From: Chrysomallon squamiferum
Lineage: Eukaryota; Animalia; Mollusca
Assembly: GCA_012295275.1 (NCBI GenBank)
Contig: CM022665.1
Coordinates: 25,916,001-25,980,000, forward strand
DNA: 64,000 nucleotides
Reading direction: 5' to 3'
The notes under the pieces are model-generated. The model ran no database searches, was not told the DNA's origin, and worked only from the letters and a program-made list of their open reading frames with translations. How positions within the stretch are numbered: position 1 is the first letter of the stretch; each line of letters opens with the position of its first letter. Below, in pieces: positions 13,501 through 63,004 of this stretch. Made by a program: the position numbers and the translations under genes.

Positions 13501-14537
13501 TTATCTCTTGGCTTTCAACAAAATAGATTATTGGGTCATTTTAAAAAATTATTTGTTATTTACAGTTGGCATTTCTGTTATGATGATGAACATAATTCTG
13601 ACTTGCCTGAAGAGACATTTAACCTCTAAGAAGTACTGAATGGAAGTGCCACATCAATATTTAATATTTCCTTTCAGAAAGTGAAAATCAGAATGTTTAC
13701 TGAAATGGAACATTAGAGGGTATAACTTAGCCTAAAGTTTCTGACATTTTTACCTTCTCTATTAATAATGTTTGATTTATGCAGTATTTCTTTTCTAATA
13801 GCTTCCAGATGGTAGAGTTATCAAAGTTGGTGGTGAGAGATTTGAAGCTCCAGAAGCACTGTTTCAACCACATTTGATTAATGTGGAAAATGTTGGTGTT
13901 GCTGAACTTCTCTTCAACACGATACAGGCAGCTGACATCGACACAAGACCTGAGTTCTACAAGCACATTGTTCTGTCTGGAGGCTCCACTATGTATCCTG
14001 GCCTGCCAAGTCGACTGGAGAGAGAAATGAAACAACTGTATCTTGAACGGATATTGAAAGGAGAGACAGCCAAATTATCTGTGAGTTATAAATGATTTCT
14101 TGCTTTCTTTTTTTTTCTTTTTTTTATAATCAGTTAGGATTCTTTAGAGCAGTATTAGTTTTAAAAAAAAAAAAAAATCCTTGGTATTTAAAACTGATGG
14201 CAAATGACATTTGCTATATCATCATAATTTATTTATAACATTTTGAAAAGAAAAAAAATATGGTGGTAGTAGTAACAAAAAAAAACAAAACAAGGGAAAT
14301 AACTGTTGCAGCATTAGGGAACATCATTGCTAGAATAAATCTTTTAATTATTTCTTTTTTTAGAAATTCAAAATTCGAATTGAGGATCCACCAAGACGAA
14401 AGCACATGGTCTTCCTAGGTGGATCAGTATTAGCAGATATCATGAGAGACAAGGATAGTTTTTGGTTGACGAGGGCAGAGTATCAGGAACAAGGTGTTAA
14501 GTGCTTAGACAAACTAATGAAGCCCATACAGAGCTAG
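7539..14537 (+). CDS. ACTR2: Actin-related protein 2 (Arp2/3 complex), 8 coding exons, 395 aa
   Basis: Exons 7539-7586, 8662-8772, 9213-9428, 9662-9734, 10398-10534, 11057-11206, 13802-14080 and 14364-14537 total 1188 nt, all GT-AG. Protein [16 protein letters not shown]|FVKCGYAG...[24 protein letters not shown]...[21 protein letters not shown]...[16 protein letters not shown] is Arp2-specific. Confidence 0.97.
8847..8931 (+). ncRNA. SNORD61: Box C/D snoRNA, SNORD61/U61-like, copy 1 (ACTR2 intron 2)
   Basis: Terminal stem TGGCATATCTGTT/AATGGAAGTGCCA; C box variant ATGATGT 8860-8866; D' CTGA; C'-like TGAAGA; guide CCTCTAAGAAGT then D box CTGA 8916-8919. The guide is antisense to the conserved 18S rRNA segment ACUUCUUAGAGG. 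Confidence 0.82.
9905..9988 (+). ncRNA. SNORD61: Box C/D snoRNA, SNORD61/U61-like, copy 2 (ACTR2 intron 4)
   Basis: Perfect stem GTGTTTGT/ACAAACAC; C box ATGATGA 9914-9920; guide TCCTCTAAGAAGTT plus D box CTGA 9977-9980. The 3' end closely resembles vertebrate U61 as recalled. Confidence 0.88.
11485..11564 (+). ncRNA. SNORD61: Box C/D snoRNA, SNORD61/U61-like, copy 3 (ACTR2 intron 6, 5' part)
   Basis: Stem CTTCTGT/ACAGAAG, extended by TTGGCT/AGCCAA; C box ATGATGA 11493-11499; guide CCTCTAAGAAGT; D box CTGA 11554-11557. Confidence 0.85.
11893..12043 (+). ncRNA. Candidate box H/ACA snoRNA (ACTR2 intron 6)
   Basis: Hairpin 1 closed by GTTAAAA/TTTTAAC, immediately followed by H box AGAGCA (11955-11960). 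Hairpin 2 is TTGTTCTA..TGTCATTGC/GCAGTGACA..TAGAACAA with an internal pocket, then ACA at 12033 or 12038. No target identified. Confidence 0.4.
12119..12402 (+). repeat. Diverged direct duplication of about 120 bp (12119-12242 and 12281-12402)
   Basis: Both copies start CAACTAGAAAGGACTGGCA, contain TTTTTAATAACTTGTAGGTTGCAT and end ATAATATGAATA. Confidence 0.85.
13567..13651 (+). ncRNA. SNORD61: Box C/D snoRNA, SNORD61/U61-like, copy 4 (ACTR2 intron 6, 3' part)
   Basis: 13-bp stem TGGCATTTCTGTT/AATGGAAGTGCCA with GU pairs; C box ATGATGA 13580-13586; D' CTGA; C'-like TGAAGA; guide CCTCTAAGAAGT; D box CTGA 13636-13639; about 150 nt upstream of the 3' splice site. Confidence 0.9.
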
Positions 14538-15451
14538 TTGCATGGTTGAGGTGGACACACAACCTTTCAGACTGACACTTTAAATACACATTTCCATATT
14601 CTTCCACCACAGAGACATTGATATAACTCATAACGAGTGAAATTTCCAGATTATTATTAGTTGCAAGACTTCATTTTTTGTTCTTTTTCTCTCTCCTCCT
14701 TTCTTCTTCTGTAAACATATAACAAATGTTATCTTGATTGCTCCTCAGTGTATGGCTACGTGCCTGAGACATTTCTTTTAGATTTTATTTCTTTAATTAG
14801 TCCAAATGTAGCATAATACTTTACTTATTATTTATTTTTATTCTTTTTAATCATTTAAGTAAAACACATTGTAAATGACTTTTCTCTTTGCAAAAATATT
14901 TCAGATTAATATATGTTACTCTACATGTAAACACCAAACACTGCTTATTTTTAGTTATTAACTTTGTTATTATTCCTGAATTTAATTAGGAACTGTCTTG
15001 TTTTTTTGTTGTAAATAGAAATTATAAAATGTAACCTGCTCAGTATCTCATCATGATTGAAAATGTTCTAAATTTTATTTACACACAAGATGCTGCTTAA
15101 ATGTGATTTTTACTTTTTACTTCCTACTCAAGAATTACATTTGCTGGACAAATGAAATGGAAATGACTGAAGAAAGCAGACAATGCCAAGTTAACTATTA
15201 ATCCTCAATACACGGACATTATAGATTAATTACTGAATACATTTGCATTAATTTGTTCTGAAATAACAATTCTGAAAACATAATTCCAGTAAATAATACT
15301 GACAAGTTGATTGTTTATTATTTCAGATAAATCTATTAATATATACTTGTGTGTATTTACATTATAGCTGATGAAAGAAAATTACTTTAACAAATGATAG
15401 GATGTAGTTTTTGAAATTTTGTTCAAAATTCTGTTTCTTGATTTTTTAATT

Positions 15452-15489
<38 letters not shown>

Positions 15490-16585
15490 ATGTATATCCT
15501 GTAACTTGGCAACTTATTCAATTAGCTCTGCTTGTATGTAATTAGCATCAACATAGGCTTTGGCTGTACAGTGCATTGAGGTGCAGGTCACAGTTTTCAC
15601 TTTCTGTGGATTAACATTTGATTATCATAAAATGTGATTTAAATAATTTGCTTTTATTTTGTATATTAGGTTGCATAACATAAGAGTGCTTTTGTTGAGG
15701 TTGACATTTGTATTTGAAAGTTATTACCACATTTTTACTTTAGAATTATTCCCAGCATTATCATTTTGTCGGATTTTAAAGGACAGGATTATCAAAAAAT
15801 AGGAAAATAAATATTGCCAGTAATAGTTATATAGGAGTAAACTGTCTAAATTTAAATCTAATATTTTTGAAAAAAAACAAAACAAACATTTATGTATAAA
15901 ATGTTATTTTTTCACTACTTATTGTGTCTAGATTTCATTGTAACTAACAATATTTGTAACTAGTGAGCTTATTTAATATTTTATAAAGTATTTTTCCTGC
16001 ATTATGTAGAACATGTTACATTTTCATTTTTTATTTACAAATCATACTGAAATGTAGATACACTGAACTACGTGAAAGTTTTGAGATTTTTCTGTAACAT
16101 AGCATTGGTTGTTTTTGACAAGTAAATCGTTTAAGAATCATATTCTCTATGCAATTGAAAAATTATGTTAAATCAAGTACCTCACAAGTAAATAAAATAC
16201 AAGCATGTATGGGTTTTTTTCTTTCTTCTTCCTCAACCATTGCTGTGTTAAATGGTAATATTTAGTTGCTGGTTTTGATTGTTTTCATGCTTTCACCTAC
16301 TTCATTTGTATTAAGATGGACAAGAACTGAACTCTGTGGTGGACATTTTCTTATGTGTGATATTTTATATACCGTATTACACAAATGGTTGAAAATAATA
16401 ACCAATAAAGGATGACAACTGCTAAGATGAATTCTTGATCCTTAAGAAGAAAATATTTATGAAAATGGACCTGTATATAGAAAAATGGTCCTGATTATTT
16501 TATGGAATTGCATTTTATTACAAATGTACATTATTATCAAAGATGTAGCATATTGTTACTTCTTATACGTATAATATTTGTATGC

Positions 16586-16620
16586 AATAAATTAACTGGC
16601 TCATGTGTTGTGTTTTTGAT
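16586..16620 (+). terminator. Candidate ACTR2 polyadenylation signal
   Basis: AATAAA at 16586-16591 followed about 13 nt later by GU/U-rich TGTGTTGTGTTTTTG. This implies a 3' UTR of about 2 kb; another AATAAA lies near 16191. Confidence 0.45.
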
Positions 16621-18792
16621 TTGTTTTCATACTAACATTCATTAAACAAATGTATTCTATTAAAATGCCATTCAAAATGATAAGACAGCTAAACAGAAGT
16701 GTAGTTTTTCATGATTACACTACACAAATGTGCAGTATTTTTATTTTAGTTTTTCCACAATATCTGATTTGTTTAATCACTGATAGAATCACCATTCTCT
16801 GTGGCCTCTTACCATTTATCAATGAGCTGGTGTTGGTGTGAACAGATGGGTATGTGATATTTGTTTTGTGTGTTACTGCATATACTTGGTTATGTTGCAT
16901 AAAATCGTTTACACCAAAGATTATAGCCAAATAGTGTTAATAAGCAAACTTTATAATTTAAAGCACTACTAATAAGTTTTCAGTACCTTATTTGCTGTAG
17001 CTCATTTTCAATATTACTCAGGTGTGTGTGTGTCATGAGTTCAAATAAGATATATATAAATACATGCCTGCACACATAAAACTATAACAGTATACAAATT
17101 AAGCTTATTTGTTTATATTATCAGTTATATTTAAATCCATTCGTTATACCAGACCATTATTAGTTATTTTTATTTTAACAGAATAAAATGAATCAAGTGA
17201 ATGATAACCTTATTTGTATTAAAATTTTATTTAAAAATATAGATATATCTGACATTTAAAATCTTATTTAGAATCTTTAAATAAAGTTTGTGTTCAGGTA
17301 AAATAATTCTATTGTTGACAGTCCAACCACTTTATTTTTACACACCTAGGATGAAGTTCCTTTACATAAGTCTATATGTTTTAAAAATATAAAAAAAATA
17401 TATAAAAAAATACTTGTGATTTGTTATTAGAGAAACATCTGAACCAATTTTTTTATGAATTTCAATTTTAAAAAATGCAATTACAATATATTATGTAAAG
17501 AATCAGTTTTAGAGACTGAAAAACATTTCATTTTTATAAAGAATGTATTGTTAAGCAGTAGTGTGTGAAGTAGTTTTTATGTAGTTTCAAAAATAACAAA
17601 ACAAATGACATTTTAGATAACTTTTATTTTTCTACATTTCATGGTAAATGGCAGTTTAGGTTTAAACGGCCATATTTATTTTATTTTGTATTTTACATTC
17701 TGAAACAAAACGAAAAAAAAAAAGAATGCACACTTTTATCTCCATGCTAAAATAAAAAGCATGGATGTATCAACAATATAATGATGATCAAAGAAACACA
17801 TGGGTGATGTATTGCACTCATTTTGTCTTTTAGACATAGCTGCATTTAAAAAAAAACAGAGAAAAAAACACACAAAAAAAAACCACTACTGATATTTTCT
17901 AATAAAAACAGCAAAAATATCCATTCAGTTTACCTTTAATCCAGTGCCTTTTTAGTGGAATTTTACAAAAACGAACTCGTGGCACATAATATATGTGTTA
18001 TTTGAGTGTTTTTGATTCAACCACTAGTCTAATAATATGTGTACAAAGTTTACAGATCATTTCGGAGAAATTAAGCTCTAGGAAAAATCCAGTGTAGGAG
18101 CTGAAAGAAAAAAGTTTATGTTGGAAGAACAGCTGTTAAAGGCCTACCTGGTGCTGAGAGTAAAGCAAGTTAATCATATAAAAACTTTCAAAATTAATCT
18201 GAATAACTTCATCATTGTTACAAAAAAAAATGTCTTATTTTTAGCATTTTTAAAATTTATATTTTGATATAGATTGGTGAAAACAATTTAAAATAAATTT
18301 AACATTTTACTTTTTAAATAACTCTTTATATATTATTACCATTTATATTGTGTTTTAAACTAGTCTCATCAATTAATATAATTTTACTAACATTTACTTC
18401 AGTTATTGAACTAAACTTTTAATTTACAGACCACTACTTCAGTGCAATTGTTTTTAAATATTTCACTTCAAAAGTTTTAGCCTTACTGACAATTCTGCAC
18501 GATAATTTAATAGTAACATTTTACTTAAATTAGTCTATTAACTCAATCATACAGAACTTAATTATTATTTATGATTTTTTGAAAACTGGGAAATAACAAT
18601 GGAATTATATATTTTTATTTCGTTAGCATTTTAGAACATTTTTTGATTTGTCTGTTGGAGACAACCTGTCTTCTCATGGTATTCAGTTTTTGCCATTTTA
18701 AATATTGTAACAACATTGATACATTTTATAATGGTTTTTTTTTTTTCTTCCAATAAAGATAATCTTTGAAAAATTAAATTTAAATAACAAAA

Positions 18793-18837
<45 letters not shown>

Positions 18838-19573
18838 TTTTTGTTGTTGTTGTTTTTAATGCTTATTAATGTTCTGTCAAAGAATTTTTAAAATAGTCAT
18901 AGGAAACAAATGCATTTGCCATTATTTTGCGATTTCTCATTTGCTTCATTATTTTATAATTAAGAACAAGGTATGTTTATATATATATATATATATATTC
19001 TTATTATGCAAAGATAAATTTAAAAATTAAATTTACATAATTAATCAATGTATTTTTATTAAATATTTGATTCAGTTTATGAATGAAAAAAAATAATAAC
19101 GCATTAATTATTCTTCTGCGGTTTTCCTGTTGTCTTTATCTGACATATATTTGTGATTTGAAAGTAAAATAAATTAATATTTCAAAAACATATAGGATTC
19201 TGCAGGCTTCCAGTTTTGTGAAATATTTGTCAGTACTTTTAAGTCTGATATGCTGGGGAGAAAATGGGGAATAAAAGATGTATTTTGATATAATTATGAT
19301 AATAATAAATACATTTCAAATCATACTTTGTACATCTTTTTTTTTTTATCTTCTAAAATTTTAGTGCTGATGTTTAATATTAATTTCAACATGTTGTATA
19401 TATAAATAAAATTACAATAATCAATAATTGTTTGATATTTTTTCTTTACATTCCAGTGTATATCCAATATTTAGAAAGAAATAATAATAATAATAATAAT
19501 AATATTTATAATTATTATTTATTATTTTCTAGTTAATATATATTTAATTGGTTTTTCATCTATTTTATAATCT

Positions 19574-19607
<34 letters not shown>

Positions 19608-22513
19608 AGTATAAATTATACAAAAATAACATTAATTTCTAGTCACAAGTATAAAATTTTTAAAAATAAATACTATCAGGTTTATTTATATTATTTCATT
19701 AAAACCTAATTAGACTAATGACAAAGCAAATAGTATTTTAAAATTTAACCACTTAGTTTAATTTCCAGCTCTGACTGTAACAATAATCTGTAAGTATGAG
19801 AAATTGATCAGTTATTTGTGTGTTATATAATAATTTTAATCAACAAACATCATTAAGAAGGTGTCTTAAAAAATAAGTCTTTATTTCTTATGTTAATTCT
19901 GAATAAATAAATGAAGAAATAGAGATTTTATTTTTAAATAATGCAAGATAAAAGTTATAAAATAATAAAGAAATACTTACTTAACTATGATAATGGTGTA
20001 AAAACAAAAAAAAACAATACAAAAAATCTTTGAAATATTAATGTTAAGTTTGTCCAAGATTTGGAATCGCTATTCCTAACCCTATAAAATTACAAAATAA
20101 TGAAAGGAAACATTTTTGAATTGGGAATGTAAAATTTCAACACATCTAGTTTTATTTTCTGTTGATTAAATCAGTATGATTACCAAAATCATTCGAAATG
20201 AATAATGAGCCATGCTTTTAAAAAAATGTAATCTTATTAAAAAAAAATAATAATAAAAAAAAAATAATAATAAAAAAATGAAATTAAAAAATCAGGAAGA
20301 AAACATAAGAAAGGAAAGAAGAAAAAAAAATTCAATAAACTGTTAATAGTTTAGAGAGTTACATTAAATAACAATTTCCTAAATTCATTCATAAATGAAC
20401 ATTATTTTACACATACTATGTACATCCAGGTTTACTTGCAAAAATGAGCAGTAAACCCGAATGCCAGCTTTACAAGAATGTTAATAAATATAATAATAAA
20501 TTGTTTTTCCATTTTCTTGAAATAAGAAATAACTCTCTTAGAAAAATAATTTAAGATACTGACACGTCAAAATAAACTAAACTAGAAACAATTATGAGAG
20601 GTAAAAAACAAAAACAAAAAGAGAACAAATCTAGAAAATGAAACTAAAATAAAAAATTTTTTAAAATGTTTTAATTATTGAAATGATACCTGAGATGAAA
20701 GTATAGTACCCTGTTTAAAAACAATAATAATAAAAAAAAAAAAAAAAATTACTATAATCAACAGTTACTTTCATGTATTGCAAAAATTATTTGCCAGGAT
20801 TATAATTTATTGAATTTAATTTCTGTAATAAAACCCATGATTCTGACATTATACCTCATTTTCATTTGTGTAAATTTGTATTTTTAATAAAGCTGTATTT
20901 ATATTACAAAGTTTTAATTTGTGTAAATTCATTTAAGAAAAACAAAAACAAAAACAAAAATAACAGATTCATGTGTGTAAAATATTACTTTGACATCCTA
21001 ATATATGTTACAGATGTCACCTATTAATATTTATACGTAAAAGATCATCACCTACAGTTTATAATATTTCTAAGGCAAAACATTTTCAAACTAATTATAT
21101 ACAAATCAAAAGCCTTAGCCTTGATATAATTCTTTCCACAAATTTTAAATACTTAAATTCGTAGACTGCATGCTGTTTTATAACTTATACTGATGCATCA
21201 AGAAATATGGTGAATATTTCAGAAAATGACAATAAAAAATAAAAAAAATTCAGAATGATGTTGATAATTACATGTACTATAAAGGAATGCTCATGTAGAT
21301 ATTAGTATTATTTATTATTATTATTTATTTATTTATTATTGTTTTAAACTTTTGCACTCAGTAAGGCAAATCTGACAATAAGCTAAATGTTTAAACTGAG
21401 CATACTAGCAGCTTGATCTAAAATAACCTTCAAAAACAGCAGCTTCACTCGCATACAGTCCACACACAGACACACACACACATACACACATACGTGTATG
21501 TATTCATAGAATACATACACGTACATACAAACAGCAAGTTTTAAAAATGTATTTTTTATCATTATTATTAATTTAATATGCAACAATTTTTCCTTAATGC
21601 ATTGTCAGTGAAAAACAAACATGCCAAAAAAACAAAATAATTTTAAAAAAAATGCACAATTAGATATAAGTTAATTATAAGATGGTTTTACATAATATCG
21701 GTAACAGAGCATGAATCACAAACAATGATCAAATGTACAAATAGCAAAGTGAAGATATCAAGGCTGAGCATATGCAGTATTCTTTAAAATGATGAAAGTC
21801 AACAGCAAAACTTGACCATGTTTCTCAAAATGCAAATACTATTTAATGAAATTTGACATGTAACATGTATCATTATAAGATCTATTTTTAGTTTTCATCA
21901 TCAAACAGTCAGTCTTACTTGTAGCAATATTATCACTAAATAATTTCTATTAATTTACTTCTGCATCCTCTAAAAAAAAAATAATAATAATAATAATAAA
22001 ATAAAATAAAATGAAACAAAATGATAATGGGAAGTAGTGATGTAGTAAGTAAAATCTACAAAATGAATCATTATATGAAGTAAATAGTTGTTTAATCTTA
22101 AATATAAAATCATTCAAAAATATAACAATTTTTGAAAAAACTATAAAAAACAAAACAAAAAAAACATACTTAGAAAAATTGGTCTTGTGAAAAAAAAAAA
22201 AAAAAAAAAAAAAATAATAATAATAATAAAATTGTAGTATGTCTGAGAAAACAACAACAACCTAACAAAAACAAATGAAGATTAGAATGTAATTATTACT
22301 ATATAATGAATGCAGACATTGAAATAGAACCACGACTACTGAACTTTAATTAATTAATTAATTAATTAACATACTGGTTTGGCACTTAACTAATAAGTCT
22401 CTTTCAGAATGCTGGCTATTAAATGCCACTGAGTCTGGTTTCAGTAAACAACGTATTTCTGCCATGATGAACAAACATATTTAATTATCACATAACCGAC
22501 TCGATGATGCTGT

Positions 22514-22645
22514 CTACCTATGGTCTGATGACAATAAAGCATCACTGAGATCAAAATCAATGACTGGTGACCCCTTCATGTAAGGCGATTCTTTACAATA
22601 ATGTACAGCGAAATCCTGAGGAAACTTACATACAATATCACTGTT
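22514..22645 (-). CDS. RGS7: Candidate alternative last coding exon of the RGS7-like gene (NSDIVCKFPQDFAVHYCKESPYMKGSPVIDFDLSDALLSSDHR*)
   Basis: Acceptor TTTATTTTTGTCTAG; 43 open codons in phase 0, matching the GTRKK donor at 28920; higher GC than the flanks. Confidence 0.55.
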   Translation of the reverse strand, partial: NSDIVCKFPQDFAVHYCKESPYMKGSPVIDFDLSDALLSSDHR

Positions 22646-22829
22646 CTAGACAAAAATAAACTAAATAGGATCATGCACAACAGAACAAACTGTTACTTAT
22701 GTTTCCCTTACCTAGGAAATATCAAGGACTGTACATACAGATTCAGTCTATATTTTATAATATCTGAATGTTTATAATGTATATTTAACAATATGTTAAT
22801 GTTCATACTATGTATTTTATAATAATATT

Positions 22830-23130
22830 ATGTGAATGAACATCTAATATATTTTATGTACTATGTGAATGTACATCTAATATATTTTATAATATATGAA
22901 TGTACATGTAATATATTAAATAATATATGGATATACATCTAATATATTAAATAATATATGAATGTACATCTAATATATTAAATAATATATGAATGTACAT
23001 CTAATATATTAAATAATATATGAATGTACATCTAATATATTTTATGGTATATGAATGTACATCTAATATATTTTATAATGTATGAATATACATCTAATAT
23101 TTTTTTACAATATAAGAATGCACATACCTT
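22830..23130. repeat. AT-rich minisatellite of about 31 bp
   Basis: About 10 copies of AATATATGAATGTACATCTAATATATTAAAT and variants. Confidence 0.85.
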
Positions 23131-24218
23131 GTATCTTACAATATATATATATATATATAAAATATATTTTATATATATATAAAATATATTTTATAATATT
23201 TGAATGTTTATATTTTTTTATTGTTTTTGAATGTTCATAAAATATGTTTTATAATGCACGAATGTATATACAATATATTTTATAATATTTTAATGACTAT
23301 TCATACAATGTATCTTTTTATTATTTCATATTTTTACTACTTAGATACATCTGAAAATTAAGATCACAATTCAACATTAATATATAAGTGGTGGAGTTCT
23401 CAAAACAGTTTGAAAGCCTAAACTGTTTGTTATTTGATATTTATATCTCAAGTAAGTATTTAAAATAATAATAATTTCTATGGAAATATAATTATAGAAA
23501 TGCATATATATTTTGAAAGAAAGAAAAATGTACTTTTTAATTTTTATGTGTCAGTTATAAAATCCAATAAGATATTTCTTCTAAATGCCAAATTATACTA
23601 GTGTATTTCAGTCTAAAAATGTTGATGTATTTTGTTTAATTATATAAATGAATTCTGTTTTATTTTATATATATATATATATTGTAAACAAGTGTTTTTA
23701 TATTACACAAATCTGAGTGTTGTGATGATCCCATATAGTGTTTGTAATTTCAGATTTTAAAATTTAATTAACTCTAAAATTAAAAATAAACAACAAACAA
23801 TTCCTCAGAATTAGCCAATTTGGTTAATCTCACAAAGTTGAAATGAAAGTTCTTGTGCTACTACACAGAGTTGATTTTTACTTTGTACAAGATAATGAAC
23901 AAAAGTCATATTGTCTTGCTTTGTTCAGCTTGTGGGTTGTAAAATTTACCCATTTGGTCCAAATATAAAGTGATCTCTACACACACAAACTGATTCCTCA
24001 TTCATATGTGCCTATTATCACATTATAATCACTAAAACATTCTTCTGTTGATGCCACAATGTGAATGTCATTTATCAACCACTCTTTTAGATTTCCTAGC
24101 AAATTAAAGCCTTTCTGTTTTCTTTTAGTTTTCCATCCATCTCTTTCTTACTTTCATTCTTTTTCCGTCTTGAGCTTTCACTCACTACAGCATCTACACA
24201 TGGATGTGCATAGGTTCT

Positions 24219-24308
24219 TCAAAATCCTTGATGCCCAGACCAGTCTCTCTTTTCTGGTGCATGCGCCTTGCCAATCAGGTGAAAGTGTAGTTTGTCCAGC
24301 GATGTCCG
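24219..24308 (-). CDS. RGS7: Candidate alternative last coding exon of the RGS7-like gene (RTSLDKLHFHLIGKAHAPEKRDWSGHQGF*)
   Basis: Acceptor GCTTTCCTTTTAAG; phase 0; 29 open codons; GC/CpG-richer than the intron. Confidence 0.45.
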   Translation of the reverse strand, partial: RTSLDKLHFHLIGKAHAPEKRDWSGHQGF

Positions 24309-24554
24309 CTTAAAAGGAAAGCACGGTTCACACATGATGATGCTGAGGCAACAGAGGATGAGAAATGCAAGATGTTTACCACCACTAAGCTTCTCAGCGT
24401 TGCCACATGACAACAAGAATGCCCAACACAACAAGGACCACATGCCAAGAACCTTTTGTTTTAACTTTTTTTAATAATTTTTTTTTTTTTTAGTTCCTCC
24501 AAGTACTGCTTTTATTATGACAGACAGCAATCCCAGCTAGTCACAGGAAATAAC

Positions 24555-24587
24555 CTACACTTTTCTTAATTCTAGCCGTTTTTTGCT
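24555..24587 (-). CDS. RGS7: Candidate alternative C-terminal exon of the RGS7-like gene (SKKRLELRKV*)
   Basis: Branch-point-like TACTAAT, long pyrimidine tract and TTTTCAG acceptor; phase 0. Confidence 0.5.
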   Translation of the reverse strand, partial: SKKRLELRKV

Positions 24588-24924
24588 CTGAAAACAGCAG
24601 AAAAAAGCAAGGAAGTATTAGTAGGCTTAGGAAAGAAAAGGGAATAAGCACAAGGAAAAGATTCTGCATATTATAGTAACAACATGCAAAGCTGAAGACA
24701 AATCAACAAGTGTTTTTCCAAAAAGAGTGTGTTCTTTGTAACAAGTGCAAAATGTCCAGTCATTTTTGTTTGTTTGTTTGTTTGTTTGTTTTGATGCAGC
24801 AAAATGAGCAGGCTTGTGAGAGAAGGCATCTGATTGGTCCACCAAGCAGAGCATTTAACCAATCACATTCATTGAAAGTGGAGGTAGGATGATGCAATGA
24901 TGACAAAGCAGTGCTTCAATAGTA

Positions 24925-61833
<36,909 letters not shown>

Positions 61834-62971
61834 CTGGAAAGATACAAAAGTAGTTTTTGAGTAATTAGTATTAGCAAAATCACAGAAATATTGTTGAAGA
61901 CAATAGGTAAGGCAAAGAAAAAAGAAAAAGAGAAACAAAAAAAGAAACAAAAACAATGATAGTGAAAGATAAAGATAGAATGAAAAAGAAAAACCCAACA
62001 AAATAACAACACCATAAAAAAAATCGTTATTGTGATTTTATTTCACTAAACATTATAAACTACGTAAAAATCTTCATTTTTCTGAAATATTAATTCAATA
62101 ATTATAATAATGACCATTTTCATTTAAAGACAATTTTAGCATTGTAAGTATGAATATTACAACATACATATTTGGTGAAAATTGTAGTTTGACATTTTCA
62201 TTACATGTCAGTAATTCTGAAATCACAAATTAAGACCAAATATTGTTTTTCATTTACTGATAAATTCAGGTAGCTGACATAATTTTATATAAAAAAATAA
62301 TGTAAGATGAAATATTCAACTGCTTATAAATAAAACAAAAAATTTATAAATAAAATGAAAAAGACTGCCACTGTATAATATAAAAATACGAAATTAATTA
62401 GAGAACAACAGTTACAATTTATACATCTGCCACATAGTTTAATTTATATAATTTACCATCTTCATCACAACGAATTCATCATTTAAATCAATGACTGTAT
62501 AATTTGGTGTCATGTGATTTTTGTCAAGAGTCTGGGTCAAGGTCAGTTTCAAAGATCTTTGTTTACAACATTTGTTGGTAAACAAGATAGGAAGATTTAG
62601 AATTTTTTTCTTGTTGTTTTAACAAAACAGAAGAATAAAATATTTATCTGTTAATTTACAGAGTGATAAAGAAAGATTCATTTACTGTTTTCATGTCTTG
62701 AAAAAGATTCTTTTACTGTTATCATTTATTTTAGATACGTGATGTATATTTTTTGGTTGCTATTGCTTTTATTCTTGAGTTAACTTGACAATTATCATCA
62801 TCATCATTATTATCACTGTAATTATAATCATTATCATTATTACACTTTGTGTTATCATTGTTTTTGTGTTATGCAAGTAGATATATATATGTTTTATTTG
62901 ATATTTATTTAAATGGCATTCACAGATAATGAATTGAGTTAAAAATACAGAAGTAAATTTTTAGAATATTA

Positions 62972-63004
<33 letters not shown>

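Noticed and set aside
9266-14035. Antisense ORFs 9266-9583 and 13727-14035
   Set aside because: Shadow ORFs opposite Arp2 exons.
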